Part shown: in pieces, positions 51,304 to 59,920 of the stretch
Numbering within the stretch: position 1 is the first letter of the stretch
Layout: every line of letters begins with the position of its first letter
Assembly (NCBI GenBank): GCA_018394315.1
Contig: CP074575.1
Location: 1,830,615-1,894,614, forward strand
Direction of reading: 5' to 3'
DNA from: Mycoplasmatota bacterium
GTDB lineage: Bacteria; Bacillota_I; Bacilli_A; MAG-NZ
Length of the DNA: 64,000 nt
The notes under the pieces: model-generated
Told to the model about the DNA's origin: nothing
The model's database searches: none
Seen by the model: the letters and a program-made list of their open reading frames with translations, nothing else
Program-made: the position numbers and the translations under genes

Positions 51304-51429
51304 TCAAAACCACCTACATTTCTTATTTTGTATTATTATACATGTAACTCTATCAAATACTATCACTCTATTAAATAGTTATCAAGTAGCATAGTGTAAA
51401 ATTCATGTAAAGATTACTATCTTATATAA

Positions 51430-51468
51430 TTAAACTAAATTACTTATTTTGAGTACACATTCCACATG
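51430..51468 (-). pseudogene. displaced native 3' end of rlmD (distal attachment site)
   Basis: minus strand CAT GTG GAA TGT GTA CTC AAA ATA AGT AAT TTA GTT TAA = HVECVLKISNLV*, matching the RlmD HVE[T/C]V terminal motif. Confidence 0.75.
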
Positions 51469-51816
51469 TGTTTTAACTAATACAAATATGCAGAATCATT
51501 AGGTACATTACAAGGCGCCGTTATCGGGGGTGGTAGGAGTTTATTAGAGTTTACACTTTAATGCAAATAGTATTATTCTACTGTATTAATAGTGTTAAAT
51601 TTGGAAATAATCATCCCCAAGTCATGGATACTTTACTTAAACATAACAGTTGTTGTACAAAAGCAGCCCCTACCTTTAAGGCACGGGCTAAGTTATCTAT
51701 TCACTATTAGGTTCATAATTTCTATCTTCCCCAATTTAGAGTATTACTTAAATATCTAATTTTCACAGTGTTTGGATCTTATGATTTTCTAAACTTTCCA
51801 GTACTAGGTTCTTTCA

Positions 51817-52015
51817 TTATTCTTTTCGAAGCTTCCTTGGCTTGCTCAGCAGAATTCCTAAAAATATATCATGTAACATGCCCACTAGATATGATCTTTC
51901 AATATACTCTAATTCTAAATAATAGGCAAAAATGCACGAGCAACTGAGCTACATTTTGTTTATGCTGTCCTAATTCTGAGCTATATTGAACTCTTTTTAA
52001 GCACTGGTTATTCAT
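51817..52015 (-). pseudogene. frameshifted, truncated HD-GYP/HD-domain gene
   Basis: GAAGGAG SD + ATG 52015: ...HKQNVAQL, then shifted frame SCIFAYYLELEYIERSYLVGMLHDI...ILLSKPRKL. Confidence 0.65.
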
Positions 52016-52040
52016 TATAACCGTTCTCCTTCTAGTACTT

Positions 52041-53102
52041 TTACAATTGATTAACTACATTAAGAAGCATAAATCGAACACCTTTTATTTCATATGAAAA
52101 ATCATTAAAGCTTCCAATGATATATGCATCTTTTTCCTGGTGATAAAACATAAACGAGCCTGTTGCCCCTGCAGCCCCCCAGGAATTGAATTTTTTAGGC
52201 ATCAACAAAGGCACGGTTGTAATCTTCCAAATTCCGTATCCATAATCAATTCCCAGTCCAAATCTAGCACAATTATTCTTCATTTCTTCAAGGGTACTTT
52301 TTGTCACTATTTGATAGTTCACCAAAGCTTTCATGAATTTGAGTAAGTCTTCACTAGTAGCCACTACTCCTCCACCGGTATAGTCAAGACCGGCATACCC
52401 TTTAATATCATTTAATCTAGTTTCTCGTATAAAAAAATCGGCAGTAGGAAACTGGGATTTTTCCATTGGTTCTGAATAGTGATTCATATATGAGTGCCTC
52501 ATATCAAGAGGTTTAAAGATGTAATTTGTTAATGTAGCATGAAATGGTTCACCGGTGATACTTTCGATTATCAAACCTAGTAAATGGTAATTTGTATCTG
52601 TATATTTAAATCCTTTACCTGGAGGAAAATGAGGTCTTGCATTATTTTTTACCCAGGCGACTGCTTCTCTGGGCGTTATATTTAGATTCTGATCCTTAAT
52701 AAGTTCATCTAAGAGAGTCCTAAAATTATCAGCTAAGCCCGATGTTTGATTTAGCAGATGTTTAATCCTGATTTCATCAGTACAGTCCTTCCCCTTGTAT
52801 AAATGCAGGTTATTCAATAATTCATGATCTAAGTATTTAGTGATTTTATCATCAAAAGACAACTTTTTCTTTTCTACTAATATGCCGATAATTGCTGAAG
52901 TAAACAATTTACCCACACTAGCCATATAGATTGGCTGCTGCGGGTTGGCAGGCATATTATTCGTTAAACCTTCTGCAATATTTATGTGAATGCCTTCTTT
53001 TTCCGAATGAACTAATAAATAAGCGTTCTTTATTTTACTATCTTTTTGTACTTGTTTTCTAAACGAGTTTTCTATTGATTCTGTTAATTTATTTGTTTTC
53101 AT
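52041..53102 (-). CDS. serine hydrolase, beta-lactamase/D-peptidase (class C-like) family
   Basis: SxxK (MASVGK), HLLNQTSGL, F.PG..F.YTDTNY.LLG, YGYG. Confidence 0.88.
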   Translation of the reverse strand: MKTNKLTESIENSFRKQVQKDSKIKNAYLLVHSEKEGIHINIAEGLTNNMPANPQQPIYMASVGKLFTSAIIGILVEKKKLSFDDKITKYLDHELLNNLHLYKGKDCTDEIRIKHLLNQTSGLADNFRTLLDELIKDQNLNITPREAVAWVKNNARPHFPPGKGFKYTDTNYHLLGLIIESITGEPFHATLTNYIFKPLDMRHSYMNHYSEPMEKSQFPTADFFIRETRLNDIKGYAGLDYTGGGVVATSEDLLKFMKALVNYQIVTKSTLEEMKNNCARFGLGIDYGYGIWKITTVPLLMPKKFNSWGAAGATGSFMFYHQEKDAYIIGSFNDFSYEIKGVRFMLLNVVNQL

Positions 53103-53155
53103 TTTTTTAATTCCCCTCTACATAGAAAATTCTTGTTTTACTACTAGACGTAAGT

Positions 53156-53378
53156 TTATAAGATGCATGACATAATACAAGCTGTGGTATATAATTTTGT
53201 TATACTTGCTAACAATTTCTGAATTTGACTTTTTGTTACAATATCCGTTATCCAACTTTCTCTTACAATATCCTTTGTCTAATGAAATATTACCTTTTGA
53301 GTTCTTTATATAAGCAACACACTCATGTATGTTTCTATTTTTAGTTAATCTATAAAAGGTAGTTTCAAGTTTATTCAT
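53156..53378 (-). pseudogene. 5' fragment of a second serine hydrolase, frameshifted and truncated
   Basis: N-terminus followed in another frame by LLASITKLYTTACIM (SxxK) at 53215-53156; 27-nt imperfect tandem duplication at 53226-53279. Confidence 0.7.
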
Positions 53379-54000
53379 AATGTTTTCCTGTGGTTAGATT
53401 TTCTTTTAATTTTTCATACCATGATATTTCAAATTCCGTTGATTGAATAGCATAATCTAGTGTAGCAAGACTGAAAATTGATATATCCTTTAGACATTCC
53501 ACATCCGTTTTTTTACCCGCACAACTTCTAAGCTGTTCCAAGTGCTTAGGGTTATTTGAATTACTTTTAATAATTTCTTCTATTTGCTTATCTACATCTG
53601 GTATAGAGTTTTTAAATGTATATAAATCTTTTAAATTATTTTCCTGCTCGTCAATATATGCTTGAATTAAATCTACTCTTTTTTCTTCAACAACTAACCC
53701 CATAAAATATATTTTGCTTAGCTCCATGTTTTTAGCCTTTTTGCTATTCATAGGTTGAGAAACCCAATCAAGAAAATGTACTTTACCACTTTCTTTTATA
53801 GAATATCTTTTTTTATTTACACCATTGTCTACATATTCTGTATATTCTATCATGTCATTTGTAACTAACTTTTTTATGGCTGATTGAATAGCCCCCATGC
53901 TATTGCTACACATATCACTAAAGTAAGTTTGTATATAGTTCCTTATTTCGTAAATTGTTAGTTCACTTAGTAATAATAAACCTAATATCATTTTATCCAT
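53371..54000 (-). CDS. PadR family transcriptional regulator
   Basis: ILGLL...LTIYEI, S.GAIQSAIKKL, NKKRYSI..SG...F.DW. Confidence 0.85.
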   Translation of the reverse strand: MDKMILGLLLLSELTIYEIRNYIQTYFSDMCSNSMGAIQSAIKKLVTNDMIEYTEYVDNGVNKKRYSIKESGKVHFLDWVSQPMNSKKAKNMELSKIYFMGLVVEEKRVDLIQAYIDEQENNLKDLYTFKNSIPDVDKQIEEIIKSNSNNPKHLEQLRSCAGKKTDVECLKDISIFSLATLDYAIQSTEFEISWYEKLKENLTTGKHYE

Positions 54001-54002
54001 TG

Positions 54003-54728
54003 TTAAGCCTCCATGATGTTTATTTTTTTCATTAGCCTTGTTGATATAACAACTCCTAGTATAAGGCTTAATACCATTAAAACTATAAAAAACATATCAT
54101 TGCCAACTACATTATTTGCAGAAACAAGCACTATGTTACTAAATAGTGCAGGTATTAAAATACCCGATATAATAGTCATAGGCACAGAGTTTTTTATAAA
54201 TCCAATTCCCATTGCAACAATCCCAAATCCACCTGCTGTTAATGATGTAAGAATGGTAACTTTTATGGCTCTTTGGATTATTTCAATAGGTAATGTATTG
54301 TCAACAAGATGAAAAACATTCTCCGAAACACTGAATACCAAATAAATAAACAAATTACAAATAATCATTGTCATCGTTGTAAAAAGAAATACAACAGTTA
54401 ATTTTGAGAGAAAAATAATATTTCTTTTCTGTGGATAGGATAACAGTAAAATTTTCCTTTCTTGCTTGTATTCATCTATAACAAATCTTGTATACATGAC
54501 CGCAGATAGTGTCGTAAATGCAACCATACTAAGTACGGAAATCCACGAGATAATACTATCGTATCCCGTAAACACTTTTAAATCAGAGTCAAAATTATCA
54601 ACTCCAATATAAGATAAAAAAGCAAGTGCGTATATAAAAGCAAACATTACTATACTTATGATTATACTTGCAACTATATATTTTTTTATTCTATTTCGTT
54701 TTAATTCTAATCTTATTAATTTAATCAC
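54003..54728 (-). CDS. ABC-2 type permease (LanE/BcrB-like)
   Basis: KLIRLELK, six TM segments, LLLSYPQKR..IFLSK. Confidence 0.85.
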   Translation of the reverse strand: MIKLIRLELKRNRIKKYIVASIIISIVMFAFIYALAFLSYIGVDNFDSDLKVFTGYDSIISWISVLSMVAFTTLSAVMYTRFVIDEYKQERKILLLSYPQKRNIIFLSKLTVVFLFTTMTMIICNLFIYLVFSVSENVFHLVDNTLPIEIIQRAIKVTILTSLTAGGFGIVAMGIGFIKNSVPMTIISGILIPALFSNIVLVSANNVVGNDMFFIVLMVLSLILGVVISTRLMKKINIMEA

Positions 54729-55455
54729 GTTTGTTATCCCCTTTCAAAATATTAAAAAAGTAATCTTCTAATCCATTGGGAAATTTTTGTATTACTTCCG
54801 ATAAAGTTACTTCCTCAATAATTTTTCCCTTTGCAATTATACCTATTGTATCAGCCACATGCTCAACTTCACTAAGATTATGACTTGATATAAGTATTGT
54901 CATGTTTTCTTCTTGTTTTAACTTTAAAAATAGTTTTCTCATTTCACGTATTCCCGTTGGGTCAAGACCATTGACGGGTTCGTCAAGTATTAGCAATTTA
55001 GGTTTGTGTATCAATGCTCTTGCTATACCTAATCTTTGACGCATACCCAATGAAAATTGAGACACAGGCTGATTATTTGTATTACTAAGCCCTACCATTT
55101 CTAAAACCGAGTTTATCTCTAAACCACTAACACCCATGTAAGCTAAATGTATTTCCAAATTCTTAACAGCAGAAAGATGCTCATAAAAAACTGGAACTTC
55201 GATAATACTACCAATATTTTTTAGTATATCACTTCTACATTTTGTAATATCCATACCTAAAACTTCTGCTTTTCCCATTGTTGGAATTAGCAAACCTGTT
55301 AATAATTTAAATATAGTTGTTTTGCCTGCACCGTTTTCACCTAGCAATCCATAAATTGAGCCTTTGGCAATGCTTATATTACACTGATATACTGCCTCAA
55401 TGCTTGAATAACTTTTTGTAAGATTATCGGTTTTTACAACTAATGTCTTTTTCAT
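54721..55455 (-). CDS. ABC ATPase (BcrA/LanF-like)
   Basis: GENGAGKTT, E-loop IIEVPVFY, FSLGMRQRLGIA, LDEPVNGLD. Confidence 0.9.
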   Translation of the reverse strand: MKKTLVVKTDNLTKSYSSIEAVYQCNISIAKGSIYGLLGENGAGKTTIFKLLTGLLIPTMGKAEVLGMDITKCRSDILKNIGSIIEVPVFYEHLSAVKNLEIHLAYMGVSGLEINSVLEMVGLSNTNNQPVSQFSLGMRQRLGIARALIHKPKLLILDEPVNGLDPTGIREMRKLFLKLKQEENMTILISSHNLSEVEHVADTIGIIAKGKIIEEVTLSEVIQKFPNGLEDYFFNILKGDNKRD

Positions 55456-55508
55456 TTGTTTTTACTCCTTCTCTACATAATAAATAAGATATGAAACAAT
55501 CATACGCA

Positions 55509-55543
55509 TTACTAATAGTAACATTACTTTTAGCTTTTGTCAA
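55509..55543 (-). promoter_or_regulatory. promoter of the island operon with a palindrome over the -10 (candidate PadR operator)
   Basis: TTGACA-N17-TACTAT with TGn; TTACTA-A-TAGTAA at 55509-55521. Confidence 0.65.
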
Positions 55544-55745
55544 CACACGCAAACATTATTGTGCTATCAGTAGAAAATATCTGTCATTTTATTATTTGAA
55601 ACCCCTTGTTTATCTGCAATTATTCCACCAATGACACAAATTTGTGCTATCAACACAATGATGTATGTTTCTTTTGCACTCTTTTATTAATGCATCTTAG
55701 CTATATTTTCGAATAATATTTAGAGTAAATCTCAAATTTTTAAAC

Positions 55746-55779
55746 AAAAAAAACCTAGACTCTTCACACTGAATCTAGG
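55746..55779 (-). terminator. terminator downstream of rlmD
   Basis: CCTAGA...TCTAGG followed by T8 on minus strand. Confidence 0.7.
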
Positions 55780-55960
55780 ACATTTTACTATCTAAATTTC
55801 CATTTTTGAACCTCAGAATCTACTGTTGGTTGACGTGTTCCCACGTACCAGGTTTATTGCATTTTGATTTTGATACTCCTTTTTAGGTCTTTTTGGAGGT
55901 AATTTTCACTATTCTTGCTAAAACTAAAGAAGTCATAAAAGTGCTTAAACTCCAGTAAAA

Positions 55961-57256
55961 TCAAGGGTTCTGGCGTTGTAGTCGTACCACCGTCTCCACA
56001 TGGGAAGTTTGAGGAAACATATCAAACGGCTGTACCGATTCTATCTTATATTTTTGTTTCAATAAATTTATATCCTTAGCAAGTGTTGACGGGTTACACG
56101 ATACATATATAACAGACTTTGGTTTTACTTTTAAAATAGTATTAATACTATCTTTATCTAGTCCTATACGTGGTGGATCAAATATCATTAAATCTGGGCG
56201 ATATCCTGATTTGGCCCATCTTTTCAAAACTTGCCCTACACTTCCAACAACGTATTCCGCGTCAATCTTATTTAACTTACAATTATCCTTTGCAGATTCA
56301 ACTGCTGACTCAACAATTTCAATTCCCCTAAGATCTTGACCACTATATACATACTGCCCTATACTTCCTACTCCTGCGTAGCAATCTACTATTCTTTTAC
56401 TATCTCCAGCCAATTTTTTTATATAGTTATAAAGTTTTTCTGTTTGTATATCATTTAGTTGGAAAAAATCCAGAGGTCTAACATAATAACTTTTGGAACT
56501 TATTTTCTTTATTAATCTTGATTTACCAAATAGTTTAATAGATTTACAGTCATACAAATTTCCACTTTTCTTATTATTGATAATACTGAAGATACCTGTA
56601 ACGTTTTTAAGTTCACTAAGTCTATTAACTAAATAATCAAGCTTCATTTTTTTTCCTGTAATTAATGTTATTTGTTGTTCATTCTCCTTATTAGTCCTAA
56701 TCATTATTTTATGTAATCCCTTTGAAGAAATATCTAACTTTATGTTATTCAAAAGATTCTTAATTTCAACTAAAGAATTATTAATTGCTTTATCTTGTAT
56801 TAAACAGTTATCCATTTCAGTAACAAAATGACTACCTTCCTCATATAGTCCTAAAACTACTTTATTTTTAAGTTTCTTTACAACTAGTTGAACTTTGTTT
56901 CGGTAATTATATGGTAACTCCATTCCAATTGTTTTATTGACTTTAGGACTTATTGAAGCATATTTACTAAATGCTTCTTTTACTCTATCACTTTTATACT
57001 TAAGTTGCTCACCATAAACTAAATGCATTAAGGAGCATCCCCCACATTTTGAATAAATATCACACTTAGGTTTAACTCTGGAATTCGACTTTTTAATTAT
57101 GCTTTTTATACTTGCCTGATAGTAATTTTCTTTTTCAATTTCTAAATCAACATCTACAATTTCACCCGGTAAAGCCCCTTTTACAAAAACAACTTTTTTC
57201 TTATAGTAAGCTATACCATTTCCATTTATGTCGATACTCTTAATAGTTAATTTCAT
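55961..57256 (-). CDS. rlmD: 23S rRNA (uracil-C5)-methyltransferase RlmD/RumA
   Basis: TRAM domain, CxxxxxCGGC, FFQLN, DPPR.GL, YVSCNPSTLAKD, DMFPQTSHVETV. Confidence 0.95.
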   Translation of the reverse strand: MKLTIKSIDINGNGIAYYKKKVVFVKGALPGEIVDVDLEIEKENYYQASIKSIIKKSNSRVKPKCDIYSKCGGCSLMHLVYGEQLKYKSDRVKEAFSKYASISPKVNKTIGMELPYNYRNKVQLVVKKLKNKVVLGLYEEGSHFVTEMDNCLIQDKAINNSLVEIKNLLNNIKLDISSKGLHKIMIRTNKENEQQITLITGKKMKLDYLVNRLSELKNVTGIFSIINNKKSGNLYDCKSIKLFGKSRLIKKISSKSYYVRPLDFFQLNDIQTEKLYNYIKKLAGDSKRIVDCYAGVGSIGQYVYSGQDLRGIEIVESAVESAKDNCKLNKIDAEYVVGSVGQVLKRWAKSGYRPDLMIFDPPRIGLDKDSINTILKVKPKSVIYVSCNPSTLAKDINLLKQKYKIESVQPFDMFPQTSHVETVVRLQRQNP

Positions 57257-57265
57257 ATTAATCTC

Positions 57266-58777
57266 CTATGCTAGTGGTGTAAATAAATTTAAAACAGCTG
57301 TTATTAGTTTATCAAATTTTGATCTTCTTCTCCATTCATTATATGAAACAACACTAGAATTCTCTAAATCAGTCAGAAAGCAATCTCTTAACTCTTGCAC
57401 ACTTTTACTAGACATTAAAATAGTATTTTCGAAATTGATTATTGAACTCCTTACATCTAAATTGTATGTACCACATGACGCAAGATAATCGTCTACTACA
57501 ATAAACTTAGAATGATTGAAAGTGTTATTAAACTTATAAATTTTCACACCCTCTTCAAGTAATGACTCAATAAATGATTCTGTAACTTTATAAACAGTTT
57601 TTTTGTCAGGTACTCCAGGAATTAAAATTCTTATATCAACTCCGGATTTTGCGGCTACTTTTAGAGCTGTTTCAGTTTCTTTATCCAAACCTAAATAAGG
57701 TGTGCTAATATAAATATATTTCTTTGCTGAGTAAATCATTTTTAAATATGTATTTCTTATAATAGGAACGGTATCTGGACCTGATTGTAAGACTTGATAG
57801 TATCCCGAATTTTCAACATAACTCTTCTTATAATATTTTTCGTCACTTATAAGTTCATCTGTTACATAGTACCAATCTCGAGCAAATACAGCTGTTAATG
57901 ATTTTACTATCCCACCTTCTATTAACAAGTGAGTGTCACGCCATCTGTATTTTTTAGTACCTAACAAATATTCATTACCAACATTAAATCCTCCAGTAAA
58001 CGCATACTCGCCATCAATAATTGTTATTTTTCGGTGATATCTGTAGTTGATTTTAGTATTGAATATTGGGACTATTATTTTATCAATTGGATAAATCCGT
58101 ATACCGTGAGACCTTAATTTTTTTAGATCCTTTCTTTTTAAATCTTGACTTCCTAAGTAATCGTATATTATCTTAACCTCTACACCTTCTTCCGCCTTCT
58201 TAATAAGTAAATCAATTAGATATCTCCCTATTGAATCACTTCTTATTATGTAGAAGGCGATGAAAATATATTCTTTTGCCTTAGAGATTTTTTCAAAATA
58301 ACTTCCATAGAAGTCATCTCCATCAATAAGTATTTTAGATGACGAATTATTAGCATATATACTATGATTAGTTACACTAGCGGTATATTTAAAAACATCA
58401 TTAACATTTTCACTTATACCATTAAGATAGCTTCTTGCTTCATATAATAAGTATTTTTCATGATGTATTAATTTTTTCTTTTTGTATCTTTTTGATTTTT
58501 TGTAATCTCTAGCAAATGATAAGAAAAGCATTGAACCAAATATTGGTGCGACAATTAATAGTAACAACCAGGGCATCTTATTAGCAGTATTTTCACTTCT
58601 GAATAATACGCTTATCCAAATTGAAGCAACAATTAATCCTGCTGAAAATCTAACAAAGACACTAACGTAAAAGGGACTCACATCATTAGTAAGATAATCT
58701 ATTAGAAAATCTATACCAAAAAAAGTCGTAACCCAAATCGCTAATAATATTATTAATCCAATTATTTTGCTCTTCAT
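57266..58777 (-). CDS. cls: cardiolipin synthase
   Basis: N-terminal TMs; two HKD motifs HRKITIIDG and HSKFIVVDD; WRDTH, SGPD. Confidence 0.92.
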   Translation of the reverse strand: MKSKIIGLIILLAIWVTTFFGIDFLIDYLTNDVSPFYVSVFVRFSAGLIVASIWISVLFRSENTANKMPWLLLLIVAPIFGSMLFLSFARDYKKSKRYKKKKLIHHEKYLLYEARSYLNGISENVNDVFKYTASVTNHSIYANNSSSKILIDGDDFYGSYFEKISKAKEYIFIAFYIIRSDSIGRYLIDLLIKKAEEGVEVKIIYDYLGSQDLKRKDLKKLRSHGIRIYPIDKIIVPIFNTKINYRYHRKITIIDGEYAFTGGFNVGNEYLLGTKKYRWRDTHLLIEGGIVKSLTAVFARDWYYVTDELISDEKYYKKSYVENSGYYQVLQSGPDTVPIIRNTYLKMIYSAKKYIYISTPYLGLDKETETALKVAAKSGVDIRILIPGVPDKKTVYKVTESFIESLLEEGVKIYKFNNTFNHSKFIVVDDYLASCGTYNLDVRSSIINFENTILMSSKSVQELRDCFLTDLENSSVVSYNEWRRRSKFDKLITAVLNLFTPLA

Positions 58778-58835
58778 ATTTACCCCTCCTATCTATTATG
58801 CATTATAAAACAATCTAGATGAATTATTTGTAGAA

Positions 58836-58863
58836 AAAATTTGTAGTAATTACTACAAATTTT
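58836..58863. terminator. terminator after buk
   Basis: AAAATTTGTAGTAA/TTACTACAAATTTT perfect palindrome. Confidence 0.75.
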
Positions 58864-59920
58864 AATATATTTTGGCTATAGTTTTTCCCGTTATTACTTC
58901 AAGTGAACCATATGCTAATGCTTCCAATTCCATTTCTCCAGGATATACATGCATTTTAGCAATAAATTCTACTCTCTCTTTTATTTTTTTGATAAAGTAT
59001 TCTTGATAAGCAATTCCTCCTGTAATGATTATTGCGTCAACATTACCATTAACATTAACACTCATTGCAGCTATTTCTTTAGCGATTTGATAAACAAACG
59101 CTTCATAAACAACATTTGCTAATTCGTCGCCACTTTCTATCATTTTAAATACTTCTCTTGCATCATTAGTACCTAGATAAGCATTGAATCCAGCATTTCC
59201 TCTTAATAGTTTCTTTACTTCATCATGACTATATTTACCACTGAAACATATATCTGCTAGTTGAAATACTGGTATTCCACCAGATCTTTCTGGTGAGAAA
59301 GGACCTTCGTCCATTGCATCAGTTACATCAACGACAACACCATTTTTGTGGATTCCAACGCTAACTCCACCACCAACATGAGCTACAACTAAATTCACTT
59401 TCGAATAATCTAAGTTATTGTCATCGCAGAACTTCTTAGCAATTGCCTTATGATTAAGCGCATGAAATCTCATTCTTCTAGTTGTAAGCGGTTGACCAGT
59501 TATCGTTGCCATTTCTTCGCCTTCGAATGTAACTGGAGGGTCAGTAATAAATGCTTTAAGATTATATTGCTTAGCAAGTTCATTTCCTATTAAAGCAGCT
59601 AAATTACTAGGGTGGTCTGTGTTAGAATTTTTGGAATCATATACTACGTTTTCATCTACTAAATAAGTTCCACTAGATATAGGTTTAATAATTCCCCCAC
59701 GACAAGCTATTGCACTAAATTCATTTAAATCATAATTGTTTTCTTCTAATGATGCAACAATCAACTCTTTTCTAAAATCAAATTGACTACTCAAAGTTTT
59801 ATATTTACTTAACTCTTCTTTAGAGTGTCTTAAAGTTATTTCTTCAACCTTTTCTTTATCGAAAAATACTCCTATTTTAGTCGAAGTAGATCCAGGATTA
59901 ATAGCTAATATTTTATGCAT
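58862..59920 (-). CDS. buk: butyrate (branched-chain carboxylate) kinase
   Basis: INPGSTSTK, HPSNL, HALNHKA, HVGGGVS, EGPFSPERSG, YPGEME. Confidence 0.95.
   Translation of the reverse strand: MHKILAINPGSTSTKIGVFFDKEKVEEITLRHSKEELSKYKTLSSQFDFRKELIVASLEENNYDLNEFSAIACRGGIIKPISSGTYLVDENVVYDSKNSNTDHPSNLAALIGNELAKQYNLKAFITDPPVTFEGEEMATITGQPLTTRRMRFHALNHKAIAKKFCDDNNLDYSKVNLVVAHVGGGVSVGIHKNGVVVDVTDAMDEGPFSPERSGGIPVFQLADICFSGKYSHDEVKKLLRGNAGFNAYLGTNDAREVFKMIESGDELANVVYEAFVYQIAKEIAAMSVNVNGNVDAIIITGGIAYQEYFIKKIKERVEFIAKMHVYPGEMELEALAYGSLEVITGKTIAKIY

Larger units (their letters stand above)
51461..56002. mobile_element. ~4.5 kb defective or non-autonomous integrative element in the rlmD 3' end
   Basis: TCCACATG direct repeat at 51461-51468 and 55995-56002, both encoding H-V-E; GC-rich replacement tail of rlmD; pseudogene-rich cargo; no recombinase. 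Confidence 0.7.
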
